Program-made: the position numbers and the translations under genes
NCBI GenBank assembly: GCA_000146465.1
Contig: CP001942.1
Strand: one strand, 5' to 3'
DNA: 64,000 nucleotides
Notes under the pieces: generated by a model
Seen by the model: the letters and a program-made list of their open reading frames with translations, nothing else
The model's database searches: none
What the model was told of the DNA's origin: nothing
Shown: piece by piece, positions 39,837-49,330 of the stretch
Numbering within the stretch: the first letter of the stretch is position 1
How the letters are laid out: every line of letters begins with the position of its first letter

Positions 39837-42434
39837 TTAATATCCCTTACTTATACCCAGGAGTTTGTCCTTCTCTTCAATTGTCCTCATCGTAACATAG
39901 TATGTTTTCCCGGTCTTCAGTGCAGAGTAGAGTTCACAAGAGACATCTCCAAGGACATAGCAAGACTTATGGACAATCATTTTGCAGTCTCTACATTCGA
40001 ATCCCTGGTTGACAAGTCCATATAGAACCTCGTTACAGAAGTCACAGAGAGATCCCTGAGGTAGCGTCTTAGAAGCAAATAGGTGATTGTTAAACTCATA
40101 GATCTTCACAGGGTCATCAGGGATGCTCTCTTCAATCGTACTCTTTCGGCTTCTTTCGATTTCGGCCTTTAGCTGGCTTATCTTTCGGTTTGATCCCTCA
40201 AGCTGCATGTTTGCTTCCTCCAGTGTTTTTCCCTGAAGTAGGGTCCTGATCTTTTCTATTCCTTCCTTGATGGCTATTTCCGTATTAAGGTCTTCTTCCA
40301 GAGATTTCAGGCTTCTTCGGCCTGCCGAGCTTACACTTTTTACTTCCTCGTTCATAAAGATAATTTTCAAGGTCATTGGGATTTTCTTTTGGGGAAGATG
40401 GTGAAGTTCGTTGGGCCTTAGTTCTCCAACATAGACATTAGAGATGTAATGTCTTTCCTCTCCAACCCACAGGTGGTCTTCTTCCACTCTTACAATAGTA
40501 GATTCTCCGTTAAGCAGATGGCACGAAAAGGATTGCTTTCCAGCTACTCTATGAACCTTTGTTCTTTCTTTCTTTAGAAAGTTCAATTCTTCTTCTACAC
40601 TCTTCCTAAGAAGAATTTCCTGGTTAAGCTTTTGCTCATATTCCTTAATCTCGGTAGCTTTTAGTCTAAGTTGCCTTTTCAGGCTATCCAAGCCCTCTGA
40701 CTTGAGTTTCTCCGTGAGGATTTTATTCTCCGATTCAAGTGTTGCTCTCATCCTGAGAATCTCTTGGCATTTCTCCCTATAAATCTCAATCTCGGATTTC
40801 AGCCCTTTGTTCTCTATAATCAGCTTATTCATAGATTCCTGGAGGTTGCCAAAGATATCCATTATTTCTTCCGTTTCTCTCCTAGCTTCATGAATAGAAG
40901 AAGAGAGATCTTTAATCAGGACATCTTTCTTCCCCAAAGATTCAATTGATCCCAGGAGCCTGTCTACATTTTCCGGCATTTTCTCAGCAATAGAATATTC
41001 TTCAGAAAGGAAGTCCTTACTGTTCACTTCCTCGGTAATGCCTTTCAACCATTTTTTGTATCTCTCAAGCTCGGTCTTGGCTTCCTCCAATTCCTCTTTT
41101 TCTGCGAGGAGTTCTGTTAAGACCTCTTTCAGCTCCTTCTGATGCTTTTGGATCTCTCCTTTCGAATCTTCCAGTTTTATCTTGGCATTTTCGAGCTCGG
41201 CTTTCGTCCCCGTGAGCTCTTGGCTTTGTAAATCAATAAGCCTTTTGTTCTCAGAAATCTTAATCAAAAGATTCTCAAGAGTCCCTTCATGCTCTCTAAC
41301 CTTCAACTCAAGTTCGTTACTTGCTCTGTCCATCTCCTTTTCCATCATAACACTGAACTTGGACACAAACTCGGGATCAAAAGTAAATCCCACAAACGGC
41401 ATATAATTTCCTTTGACATCCGGCTTCCTTTTCTCAGGGTCGAATTGTGTGTCAACAAAATGGGATGTGTCGGAATCTCCACTGATTTCAGGAACAAAAG
41501 GTGGCTTAAGCTCCTTAAGCCTGTCCCAGTCTATTCCTTTGAAAAAGGCATGAGACTTTATCTCATTAATTTTCATCCTTTTATCCTTCGTTGTTATTAG
41601 ACTCTTAATCAGGCTCGTAAGCTCCGGAGACACCTTGAAGGGAAATCCAAACTCAACCTTTGTTATCCTTCGATATGTTTCCATCAAAGTGTCGGAATAG
41701 AAGGGAGTTGTTCCGTAGATCATCTCGTAGATTATAACTCCAAGCGTCCAGAAATCCACATCCTCCTCGTATTCACATTCTTCATTCACAGAGCACAATA
41801 CATCCGGAGAAACATAGTCTGGTGTCCCAACCGTAATAGATGATCTTGCCTTTCCATCCCTCATCTTAATACAGCTACCAAAGTCCGCCAGCTTCACATG
41901 CCCATCAATTCCAATAAGTACATTGTCCGGTTTCAGGTCTCTGTGTATCCATCCCAGCTTGTGGAGTTCATCCAGTGCTGCAACTATCTCGGCCGTATAG
42001 AATCTCACCCAGTCCTCTTCTAGAACATCTTCCTTGGATAGGAGACCCATGAAGTCTCCTCCAGGAATAAAGTCCATTAAGTAGTAGAGATACTCCTCAT
42101 CCTGCATTGTCATGTGTGCACACACAAGCCATTCACTCCCAATACAATCAACCATCGCCTCCTTTTCAGCCATAAACAATGCTGTATGTGGCTGTCTGAG
42201 AACAAGCTCCTTAGAAACCCTTTTCATAGCATATATCTTTTCTCTTTTTACAAGAAAAACTTCCCCGTACCCACCTTTAGCCACATTCTTTATAATTTCG
42301 TAATCAGAGGGCTTTGTCTTTGCTCTAACAATCTCCTTAATTCTCTCTAATGGCGCGCCTGTTCCCTTCCCAGAGACCTCATGGTAAACCGCTTCTAAAC
42401 AGTCTCCAATTATGTTTATCCTCTCCCTCTCCAT
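39837..42434 (-). CDS. AGC Ser/Thr kinase with DMPK/ROCK/MRCK architecture: N-terminal kinase, long coiled coil, C-terminal C1 (DAG/phorbol) zinc finger
   Basis: 865 aa. Kinase motifs GGYGEV, AMK, HRDLKPDNVLI, DFG, GTPDYVSPD. AGC tail with FVGFTFD. About 300 aa coiled coil. C1 domain HLFASKTLPQGSLCDFCNEVLYGLVNQGFECRDCKMIVHKSCYVLGDVSC. Confidence 0.7.
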   Translation of the reverse strand: MERERINIIGDCLEAVYHEVSGKGTGAPLERIKEIVRAKTKPSDYEIIKNVAKGGYGEVFLVKREKIYAMKRVSKELVLRQPHTALFMAEKEAMVDCIGSEWLVCAHMTMQDEEYLYYLMDFIPGGDFMGLLSKEDVLEEDWVRFYTAEIVAALDELHKLGWIHRDLKPDNVLIGIDGHVKLADFGSCIKMRDGKARSSITVGTPDYVSPDVLCSVNEECEYEEDVDFWTLGVIIYEMIYGTTPFYSDTLMETYRRITKVEFGFPFKVSPELTSLIKSLITTKDKRMKINEIKSHAFFKGIDWDRLKELKPPFVPEISGDSDTSHFVDTQFDPEKRKPDVKGNYMPFVGFTFDPEFVSKFSVMMEKEMDRASNELELKVREHEGTLENLLIKISENKRLIDLQSQELTGTKAELENAKIKLEDSKGEIQKHQKELKEVLTELLAEKEELEEAKTELERYKKWLKGITEEVNSKDFLSEEYSIAEKMPENVDRLLGSIESLGKKDVLIKDLSSSIHEARRETEEIMDIFGNLQESMNKLIIENKGLKSEIEIYREKCQEILRMRATLESENKILTEKLKSEGLDSLKRQLRLKATEIKEYEQKLNQEILLRKSVEEELNFLKKERTKVHRVAGKQSFSCHLLNGESTIVRVEEDHLWVGEERHYISNVYVGELRPNELHHLPQKKIPMTLKIIFMNEEVKSVSSAGRRSLKSLEEDLNTEIAIKEGIEKIRTLLQGKTLEEANMQLEGSNRKISQLKAEIERSRKSTIEESIPDDPVKIYEFNNHLFASKTLPQGSLCDFCNEVLYGLVNQGFECRDCKMIVHKSCYVLGDVSCELYSALKTGKTYYVTMRTIEEKDKLLGISKGY

Positions 42435-42505
42435 AAGGACTTCGATTTTTAATGTTTTTACAGCAGAGAGGTCAGATGCTCTCAGGTGGTCGGGAGAAGA
42501 AGTAA

Positions 42506-43336
42506 TTACATTTTATTTTCACAGAGGTCTTCAGATATATTCAAGTGAATGTCATTCCATAACTCCTCGTCCTTAAGGATGTTACCATGTCCGTGGTCGC
42601 TAAGCTTGATCTTAGCTCCATACTTCTTCGACAATGTAACAGAGTGGTGATAGGGAACAACATCATCTTTCATCCCGTGGTACAGAAATAGATCCCTTCC
42701 CTTCGCACTCTCTATGTTTTTCACCGTGTCATATCCAATCTCTTTCAAAACTCTTTCCTTTATCCAAGGAACCAGAAAATTGATTGTCCTGAAAATAACA
42801 TTCTCCATACCTACATCAATAATAGATGTAAAAGCAGAGATCATAAACATCTTTCGAGGATGATACTTTGCCTCTATATTGTTTTTCGTTATGTATCTGT
42901 AATACTCAGCCATTATTCCAGTCCCCAATGAGTGTCCAATCATATGAATCTCTTGGGCATCAAATCTTGATGTGAGATACTCAAAGCATGCCATAATATC
43001 CAAATTAACCATATCAATCTTAAACTCTCCCTCAGAGTCTGCAAACCCACGATAGTCTGGGACAAGAACACAATATCCCAAGTTCACTAGAGTATGGATC
43101 TTGGAATTTGATACATAGTCCTCTCGGGAGCATCCCTTTCCATGAAGAGCAACAATGAACTTTTTTGGATCTTTATGGCACTCCGGCTCCAGCAGATAGG
43201 CTCCGATTTTCTTGTTGTCTTGGGTGGTTATGTAAACATTATACTTCAAATGCTTATGATGGTCTCGAAAGTTCTTTCTTGAGTCGTTTATATTTAGAAT
43301 CATTCTCTTCACAGCCGATATCATTTCCAGCCCCAA
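42506..43336 (-). CDS. Alpha/beta-hydrolase fold protein (BEM46/ABHD-like esterase/lipase)
   Basis: 276 aa. Nucleophile elbow GHSLGTG. Acid-His dyad region DDVVPYHHS...HGHG. Confidence 0.6.
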   Translation of the reverse strand: MGLEMISAVKRMILNINDSRKNFRDHHKHLKYNVYITTQDNKKIGAYLLEPECHKDPKKFIVALHGKGCSREDYVSNSKIHTLVNLGYCVLVPDYRGFADSEGEFKIDMVNLDIMACFEYLTSRFDAQEIHMIGHSLGTGIMAEYYRYITKNNIEAKYHPRKMFMISAFTSIIDVGMENVIFRTINFLVPWIKERVLKEIGYDTVKNIESAKGRDLFLYHGMKDDVVPYHHSVTLSKKYGAKIKLSDHGHGNILKDEELWNDIHLNISEDLCENKM

Positions 43337-43369
43337 GACGTAAACAAGTATTTTTCTCCTGTAAAGTCT

Positions 43370-43813
43370 TTGAAAACAGGCCCAACTCTAGTCCCTGAAA
43401 TGGCATCGGGAGAGAACTTGGCGCCACGAGATGCAAAGGTCATCTCGGTTATCCTTAGATCCTTGGGAATAGAAGAATGCGAGCCAAAGGTTATCATACA
43501 GCTGCTGGAATTTGCCTACAAATACACCACAGACGTTCTGGAGGATGCACTATTGTTTGCAAAGCATGCAGGAAGGACACATATCAGTACAAGTGATGTC
43601 AAGCTTGCATTGCAAACAAAGGTTGGAAGGCACTTCGTCCCTCCGCCTCCAAGACAGTATCTGTCAGACATAGCTTCAATGGTTAACTCAAAACCGCTTT
43701 CGGTTCCAGATGGGGAAAATCTCATTAGGGTTCCCCCCTCGTCCTCAGCACTACTAAACCTCGACTATGAAGTCCTTAGAAAAGACGGCGATAAGAAAAG
43801 AAGGATTTACTAA
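43370..43813 (+). CDS. TAF9: TFIID subunit TAF9 (histone H3-like fold)
   Basis: 147 aa. DAKVISVILRSLGIEECEPKVIIQLLEFAYKYTTDVLEDALLFAKHAGRTHISTSDVKLALQTKV..FVPPPPRQYL parallels the TAF9 histone fold and its conserved C-terminal box. Confidence 0.75.
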   Translation: MKTGPTLVPEMASGENLAPRDAKVISVILRSLGIEECEPKVIIQLLEFAYKYTTDVLEDALLFAKHAGRTHISTSDVKLALQTKVGRHFVPPPPRQYLSDIASMVNSKPLSVPDGENLIRVPPSSSALLNLDYEVLRKDGDKKRRIY

Positions 43814-43877
43814 GAATCTTATAAAAACACATCTAATTAAACTTTTCTTCCAGGGAAATTTTTTATATATATCATCT

Positions 43878-44981
43878 TTATTCCATAAACATACTGTATA
43901 GAAGCTCTTTTGTAGATTTTTGATTATTCTCAAGTAGATCAATATATGTCTTGACTACAGGCTTATCTATTCTTAGAGACAGATCGTCGTCCTCTATGTT
44001 CCTAAATACAAATATGAGCTTGGATATTTCGTCCTCTTGAAGCTTATCGAGTATCTGCAGCTTCTGCCGTGCCTTTGGATCTCCTTTCAAGTAGATCTCT
44101 AGTATCTTTGTCCTTTCCTCAAAGGCTCGATCTATTTTCTCCTTAAAAGGGCTGTCCTTCCTCTCCAGGCAGCTATAGAGAAAGTCCAACACCTGGGATC
44201 TTTTCTCCGTGGATGTCTTCAAATGAATCTTAGATACAAGGTCTTCCACCGGAGCAAGGAGCCTTGGAACTGTTCTATTAATCATCTCCGACACATTTGG
44301 AACACTCAACCTTCGGAATAAATCTGCGAGAATCCCTGGAGAAAATATAGATCCCCCAATGCTGAGACTAACTCTAGAGTCAAGGACAAATGATTTGGGG
44401 ATCTCGGTTCTTTCGCCATAAAATTCTGCCATCTCTCTGTTGATTGCCTTGTACATTCCATCTTCTTCATATTTGGCACTAATAAGCCTTTTCATCATTT
44501 GAAGATACTCTTTATCTTTATTCTCATAGTACAATCTTGGAAGATGTCCATTCGTCCTGGAGTGGAGTGATTTGTACTTCTTTGCAGACAGATTTCTCCC
44601 TATCAATGATCTATCGTTTGCAAAGTACTTGTTCCGAAGCTCCAATGCATCCTTTAGCTTTTTCTCTACCCCGTCAACCTCTTCTAGATAATTATTGAAC
44701 TTATCGAAGACCGAGGGATTTTCGAGTAGAAGTTCCTCGGCAGTAAACACTGTTTTCTTTATAAACTCTTCTAGAGACTCCTCAGTAAATTGGTTCATCT
44801 CAAAGATAAATACCATGGAATCTACAGATATAAAGCTCTCATACAGAATCTCCCTATTCAAATTTATTGGAATGGAAATCTGGCCATTCCCAGGATCATC
44901 GTGGCTACGTTTATCCCTTCCTGCTTCATCTCTAGAAATACCCGCAACTAATGCATTAAGGAATAACTTCAAGACACTCAT
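43878..44981 (-). CDS. Hypothetical protein (mostly helical; no recognisable motif)
   Basis: 367-aa ORF filling a gap between two confident genes with typical spacing. Composition matches the core genes. Confidence 0.4.
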   Translation of the reverse strand: MSVLKLFLNALVAGISRDEAGRDKRSHDDPGNGQISIPINLNREILYESFISVDSMVFIFEMNQFTEESLEEFIKKTVFTAEELLLENPSVFDKFNNYLEEVDGVEKKLKDALELRNKYFANDRSLIGRNLSAKKYKSLHSRTNGHLPRLYYENKDKEYLQMMKRLISAKYEEDGMYKAINREMAEFYGERTEIPKSFVLDSRVSLSIGGSIFSPGILADLFRRLSVPNVSEMINRTVPRLLAPVEDLVSKIHLKTSTEKRSQVLDFLYSCLERKDSPFKEKIDRAFEERTKILEIYLKGDPKARQKLQILDKLQEDEISKLIFVFRNIEDDDLSLRIDKPVVKTYIDLLENNQKSTKELLYSMFME

Positions 44982-45054
44982 TGTTTTATTAATTTTGCTT
45001 TCTTAAATAACAAACGTTTCAAATCTGGTTTATTTAAAAGGATATCTATTAACA

Positions 45055-45645
45055 TCATTTGTACATTGGAATTCCAGACCAGACTATCTTTCTGTACTCT
45101 GTGTACTCTGGAGAAGCTGAAATCAGTTCTCTTTCATATTCCTTTATCCGTGGAATGATCCAGCTGCTTACAAACCAGAGAAATATTGCAAGAGAAATAA
45201 AGCAAGAAAGGTAGATACAACAAGATATCCAGTGCAAAATTAGAGATGAATATAGCGGATGTCTAACATATCTGTATGGCCCATTTCTTTGTATTTTTTT
45301 TCTTTCAGACTTGTTCTCACCAACATATCCCAGAGTGATGTGAAAAAATGCAATCGAAAGGACTAGTCCGCATGCTGCCATGATCTTAAAGACTCGAGCC
45401 CCGAGGTATCCTGTAGACCTTGAAACAAAAAGACTTTCAAGGAATAGACTTCCAAAGAGGAGAACAAGGTCACTATGCCTGAGAATCTTTGTCTCAAGAT
45501 TGATTCTTCGGGCCTTTTCCCGGGAGTACATAAAGACTAGAAGCGATATCGATGAGACTATGTGAAGAGACAAATAGCTCCCGGAATGGGAAATCCCAAG
45601 CATAAATAAAGACCCAAGAGCAAAGTAAAATGATGGACATTCCAT
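45055..45645 (-). CDS. STE14: Protein-S-isoprenylcysteine O-methyltransferase (ICMT/Ste14)
   Basis: 196 aa polytopic membrane protein. C-terminal ICMT signature GPYRYVRHPLYSSLILHW...EYERELISASPEYTEYRKIV. Confidence 0.7.
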   Translation of the reverse strand: MECPSFYFALGSLFMLGISHSGSYLSLHIVSSISLLVFMYSREKARRINLETKILRHSDLVLLFGSLFLESLFVSRSTGYLGARVFKIMAACGLVLSIAFFHITLGYVGENKSERKKIQRNGPYRYVRHPLYSSLILHWISCCIYLSCFISLAIFLWFVSSWIIPRIKEYERELISASPEYTEYRKIVWSGIPMYK

Positions 45646-45849
45646 TTAGGGGTTTTATCTATCCTGTTTCTAAACATAGAAGAAAAAAGACCAATTAAGA
45701 AAACCGTAGCAGCAGATATTTTCGTAAATATCTCAAGGCTATCTACAAAAAACTTGGGATTCGGTTGGTTTTTAAAAACAGAAAAAGAATTTCTTCCCGG
45801 GAGAAATGTATAGAGCTTATCGTGCAGAAAAACACTCCCTTGTTGTGTA

Positions 45850-46392
45850 ATGGCTAGGGATTTTAAAAACAGGAGAACACAAAGATCAACCGAAACAATG
45901 GAGCTTGGAAAGGTATTGTACATGTGCCAAGGGCAGCTTGTGATAAAACTAACAGCAAAGGATATTCCATATCCAAACTCTCCAGTCTTGAATTCGTCCT
46001 CCAAAATCATAGGAAAGGTGGACGAAATCTTAGGAAGAATAGACGATGTTCATGCAACTATCAAGATGGAGAACCCGTGCAATTCTGGCAACGAAGGAGA
46101 GACAGTGTTTTGCTATGCAGACAAACTTATTCCTAAAAAGAGATTTCTACCAAGAGAAGAGGTTGAAAAGAAAAAAGAGGAAATGGATCGCACGAAACCG
46201 AAAAGGAGCCAGGGATTGGAAAAGAACAAGCCCAGGACTTTCAGAGACAGGCCAAGCCTTCACAACAAGAAGCCTGGAAGCAATTGGGGAGGAAAGCAAA
46301 GCGGCTGGAACAAGAGCGGAAGAAAAGGAAATTTCGAGAAGAATGCCAGAAGTAAGAAGCCGGATTCTAATAAGAGCAAGCGTGGGGATTAA
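45850..46392 (+). CDS. GAR1: H/ACA snoRNP protein Gar1 (true start may be the Met at about 45898)
   Basis: 180 aa. Core GKVLYMCQGQLVIKLTAKDIPYPNSPVLNSSSKIIGKVDEILGRIDDVHATIKM matches the Gar1 beta-barrel. C-terminal basic G/K/R-rich tail is a reduced GAR domain. Confidence 0.6.
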   Translation: MARDFKNRRTQRSTETMELGKVLYMCQGQLVIKLTAKDIPYPNSPVLNSSSKIIGKVDEILGRIDDVHATIKMENPCNSGNEGETVFCYADKLIPKKRFLPREEVEKKKEEMDRTKPKRSQGLEKNKPRTFRDRPSLHNKKPGSNWGGKQSGWNKSGRKGNFEKNARSKKPDSNKSKRGD

Positions 46393-46432
46393 AGCATTTT
46401 ATTAGATGTACATCAAAGTGTCCTGGGCACAT

Positions 46433-47560
46433 CTAAGAGGAATTTATTTCTTCGTCCCTGTGATTATCTACCATCTCCAGCAGTTTTGACTCGTAATATT
46501 TTCTTTTTTCTATCAGTCTCTGCCTTAGCTCTGCAATAGTCTTTTCGTCTTCTTTGATCTTCTTTTGTATTTCCCTTGTTAGCTTCTTGTCATCCTCCCC
46601 AAGAATCTCCGGTTTGTTTGCTATTGACCTGCCAATCTCTTTAGTCTTGTAGTCGTCATAAAACGTCTCTGTTGCTTCTACAAGCTTTATGAGATTCTTT
46701 GCTATCAGAGAGTCAACCAGAAGGTAAAAATCATTGCTTCCCACTTTTTCAGGAACCATTGTTCCCCATGGATATTCTCTGTTGTGCCCTGGGGTGTCTT
46801 CGTGGTCAACGTTCTTTGCAATGACAAAAAAAGGATATTCCGATTTACCGATTCTCTCTCTGTCTGGCACATCTAGGTAAAAAACATCGATGTTTTCTGC
46901 AGATATAGCCTCTGCAATCCTGTCGCTGCATTCCTGTCTTTCCAAGTCGCTCAGAAGATCGCTCTTCCCAACCACTGGAATTAAGTTGCAAATCTTCGAT
47001 ATCTCCTTCATGGTCTTTATGTCCACAAGCTTCACATGAGATGGATTGGGTTCCAAGAAGTAAAGGCAGATATGGATTCTTTTATCCTTGATCAATGGCC
47101 TGACATTCTTCCTCTCTTGCTCTAGGTAGTCTTTGAAGTTATTCTGAATCAACTCCACAACAGGTACCCAGCATTCCTCGTTACAGACATTATCTCCCAC
47201 TCCATCCACCTCGGCCACGGTAATTCTTGTTTGAAACTCATTTTCCATGACAAAGAACTTCGATATCTGAATATTAATCAAAGAGTTCCTGTGAAAATAT
47301 CTATCTTCCTGCTCTTCGGCTCCATCTGTATCGGACACCCTAGTAATCTCATTACTCTGGTTTCCATCGTCCTCCTTCAAAAACGGATCGGAGGACAGAA
47401 CGGGTTCACCTAGCATCTGATTGATGAAAGATGATTTCCCCAAGCCGCTTGAGCCGATTATCATTATGTTGAAATCTATTCCTGCCTTGCAAAAGCTTCG
47501 ATATTTTACATTTGGGAGGTTGGACACGCCTATACCTTTCTGCGACATATAAACAAACAA
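46433..47560 (-). CDS. Septin
   Basis: 375 aa. G1 GSSGLGKSSFINQM. G3 DGVG-like. G4-like GKSD. Septin unique element and C-terminal coiled coil are present. Confidence 0.8.
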   Translation of the reverse strand: MFVYMSQKGIGVSNLPNVKYRSFCKAGIDFNIMIIGSSGLGKSSFINQMLGEPVLSSDPFLKEDDGNQSNEITRVSDTDGAEEQEDRYFHRNSLINIQISKFFVMENEFQTRITVAEVDGVGDNVCNEECWVPVVELIQNNFKDYLEQERKNVRPLIKDKRIHICLYFLEPNPSHVKLVDIKTMKEISKICNLIPVVGKSDLLSDLERQECSDRIAEAISAENIDVFYLDVPDRERIGKSEYPFFVIAKNVDHEDTPGHNREYPWGTMVPEKVGSNDFYLLVDSLIAKNLIKLVEATETFYDDYKTKEIGRSIANKPEILGEDDKKLTREIQKKIKEDEKTIAELRQRLIEKRKYYESKLLEMVDNHRDEEINSS

Positions 47561-47652
47561 TTGTGAGATTCTTAAATATTATAAACAATGGAGAATCCTA
47601 AGGCATTTGAAACACGGTACTTTTATTAAACACGTGTTATTTTTGATAGATA

Positions 47653-47922
47653 ATGGACGAAAAGCTTAAGGAAATGGTAAATGCAAGCAGCTTTGCAGAG
47701 AAAGAGTTAAAGTCAATACTTGGAGAAATAACTTTGCAGAACGAAAAACTTGTGGATATCCAGCGCAAAATAGGAATTACTCGGACACATCTACTAAAGA
47801 ACTCGAAGCTTGTTGGAGAGATACTCAAAATTACAAAGCCTAGATTGGCCATAGCAGTAATAGTACTCTCGATGATGCTCATCGCATTAATATATATTAA
47901 GCTTATATTTCCACTAAAGTAG
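47653..47922 (+). CDS. Small tail-anchored SNARE-like protein (Qc/Bet1-Sft1-like)
   Basis: 89 aa. Heptad-patterned helix (LQNEKLVDIQRKIGITRTHLLKNSKLVGEIL), then single C-terminal TM LAIAVIVLSMMLIALIYIKLIF. Confidence 0.35.
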   Translation: MDEKLKEMVNASSFAEKELKSILGEITLQNEKLVDIQRKIGITRTHLLKNSKLVGEILKITKPRLAIAVIVLSMMLIALIYIKLIFPLK

Positions 47923-47983
47923 ACACTCCTGTTTGTTTTGCTCGAATTTTTTAATCTGATAGTGTTTATCATTCCCCAACTTT

Positions 47984-49279
47984 ATGGAGCATATTGACTG
48001 GAGTAATCCAGAGTTTTTCTTTAAAGATGGGATAACAAGAGACTTCACAACAGTGGAGGAAGAGTTCCAAAAGATAAGATCCTGTAAATTCGAAAAAAGT
48101 CAGAGTATTCTGGTACCTAAAATTCTTTTGGTGATAAAGAACTCGAAGGAATATAAAGGAATGCATGTCAAAGCGGTAGTGGAGGAATCGATTTCCGGAA
48201 AAACAGCCATGGCAGAGATATATCCTGAAAGTTTTCTAATGGTCAAATGTGAGGAAGACATTTCCAATAACGAATCATTTTCCGTCCAAGTTGAGGTGTG
48301 GAGTTCAGAAGGAATGATTTCTGAAAAAAGCTTTAGGATCTTCAATCGTGAGGTGTTTTCCAAAGTGTCGGGTTCCCTTAGTATAACTTTTGAAGGAAGA
48401 AAAGAGGAAATTGAAATGGAGATTTATTCTATCAAACCATCTCATAATGCAAGTGAAGCCTATGAAGACATGAAGATGATAGGACATCGAGGATGTGGAA
48501 TGAATGGAATACCCTCAACAACCATGATGGAAAATACAATTTCCTCGATCCAAGAGGCATACAGAATGGGAGCAAAGTGGGTAGAGATTGATGTACAGCT
48601 TACAAAAGAAGGAATACCTATTGTATTTCATGACTTTGTTATAGAGGCGGGTGGACTTTGTTTAGGGATAAATGAGATAACACTTCAAGAGTTTCTCCGC
48701 CTGGTGGGGAATCCAAACGAAGAAAGACAAGATCTTCCCTGTACACTTTCAAGACTTTTAGAATGTGTTAGCGATAAAAATGGAATCAATATAGAAATTA
48801 AGTACCCCTTGCCATCCGAAAAAAGAAAGTATAACCTAAAGGATCTAGATCCTGCAGAAAAGGTTGTTGAAAAAATAGTGGAAACAATACAGAAAAGCGG
48901 AAAGGAAAAAATAGTCTTTTCATCATTCCATCCATATATTCTTCTAATGTTGAAGCTGGTGCTTCCCAACTTTGGGGTTTACATGATAACTGAAACAAAA
49001 GATAAGGAGGAAAACCCATATACAAAGACCTTGTACGGTGCCCTATACTTCTGCACAAAACTGGGGCTTGATGGCATTGTCTTGGATTGGAACTGTATAG
49101 CAGAAAACCCAGCAGATATTATCAAGATTTTCAAGGAATTTGATCTCAAGACAATTGTGTACGGTGATTCTATTAATAATAGAAATATGATACGCATATT
49201 GAACGAGTTAGGAGTCTATGGAATAATAGTAGATGATCTAAAATTAATCTTTTCAGCAGATAATAATGATCATTATTAA
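47984..49279 (+). CDS. Glycerophosphodiester phosphodiesterase (GDPD/GP-PDE family)
   Basis: 431 aa. GP-PDE catalytic motifs IGHRGCG...MENTISS...VEIDVQLTKEGIPIVFHDF in canonical order. An N-terminal extension of about 150 aa has no recognised domain. Confidence 0.7.
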   Translation: MEHIDWSNPEFFFKDGITRDFTTVEEEFQKIRSCKFEKSQSILVPKILLVIKNSKEYKGMHVKAVVEESISGKTAMAEIYPESFLMVKCEEDISNNESFSVQVEVWSSEGMISEKSFRIFNREVFSKVSGSLSITFEGRKEEIEMEIYSIKPSHNASEAYEDMKMIGHRGCGMNGIPSTTMMENTISSIQEAYRMGAKWVEIDVQLTKEGIPIVFHDFVIEAGGLCLGINEITLQEFLRLVGNPNEERQDLPCTLSRLLECVSDKNGINIEIKYPLPSEKRKYNLKDLDPAEKVVEKIVETIQKSGKEKIVFSSFHPYILLMLKLVLPNFGVYMITETKDKEENPYTKTLYGALYFCTKLGLDGIVLDWNCIAENPADIIKIFKEFDLKTIVYGDSINNRNMIRILNELGVYGIIVDDLKLIFSADNNDHY

Positions 49280-49330
49280 AACTATCTTCTTTATTATTTG
49301 TTTGGAAATTGTGTCTTGCGTAAAGTCTGG

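Noticed and set aside
45850-45897. First 16 codons of the GAR1 ORF (MARDFKNRRTQRSTET)
   Set aside because: Gar1 homology starts near the second Met (MELGKVLYMCQGQLV, about 45898). The upstream extension may be 5' UTR read as coding. The gene call is kept, with the start flagged as uncertain rather than removed.
45558-46010. 150-aa minus-strand ORF between ICMT and GAR1
   Set aside because: It overlaps the ICMT 5' end by 88 nt and the GAR1 5' end by about 160 nt. Its only unique part is the 204-nt intergenic spacer. It is hydrophobic low-complexity with no motifs, so more likely chance than a third gene, but not excluded.
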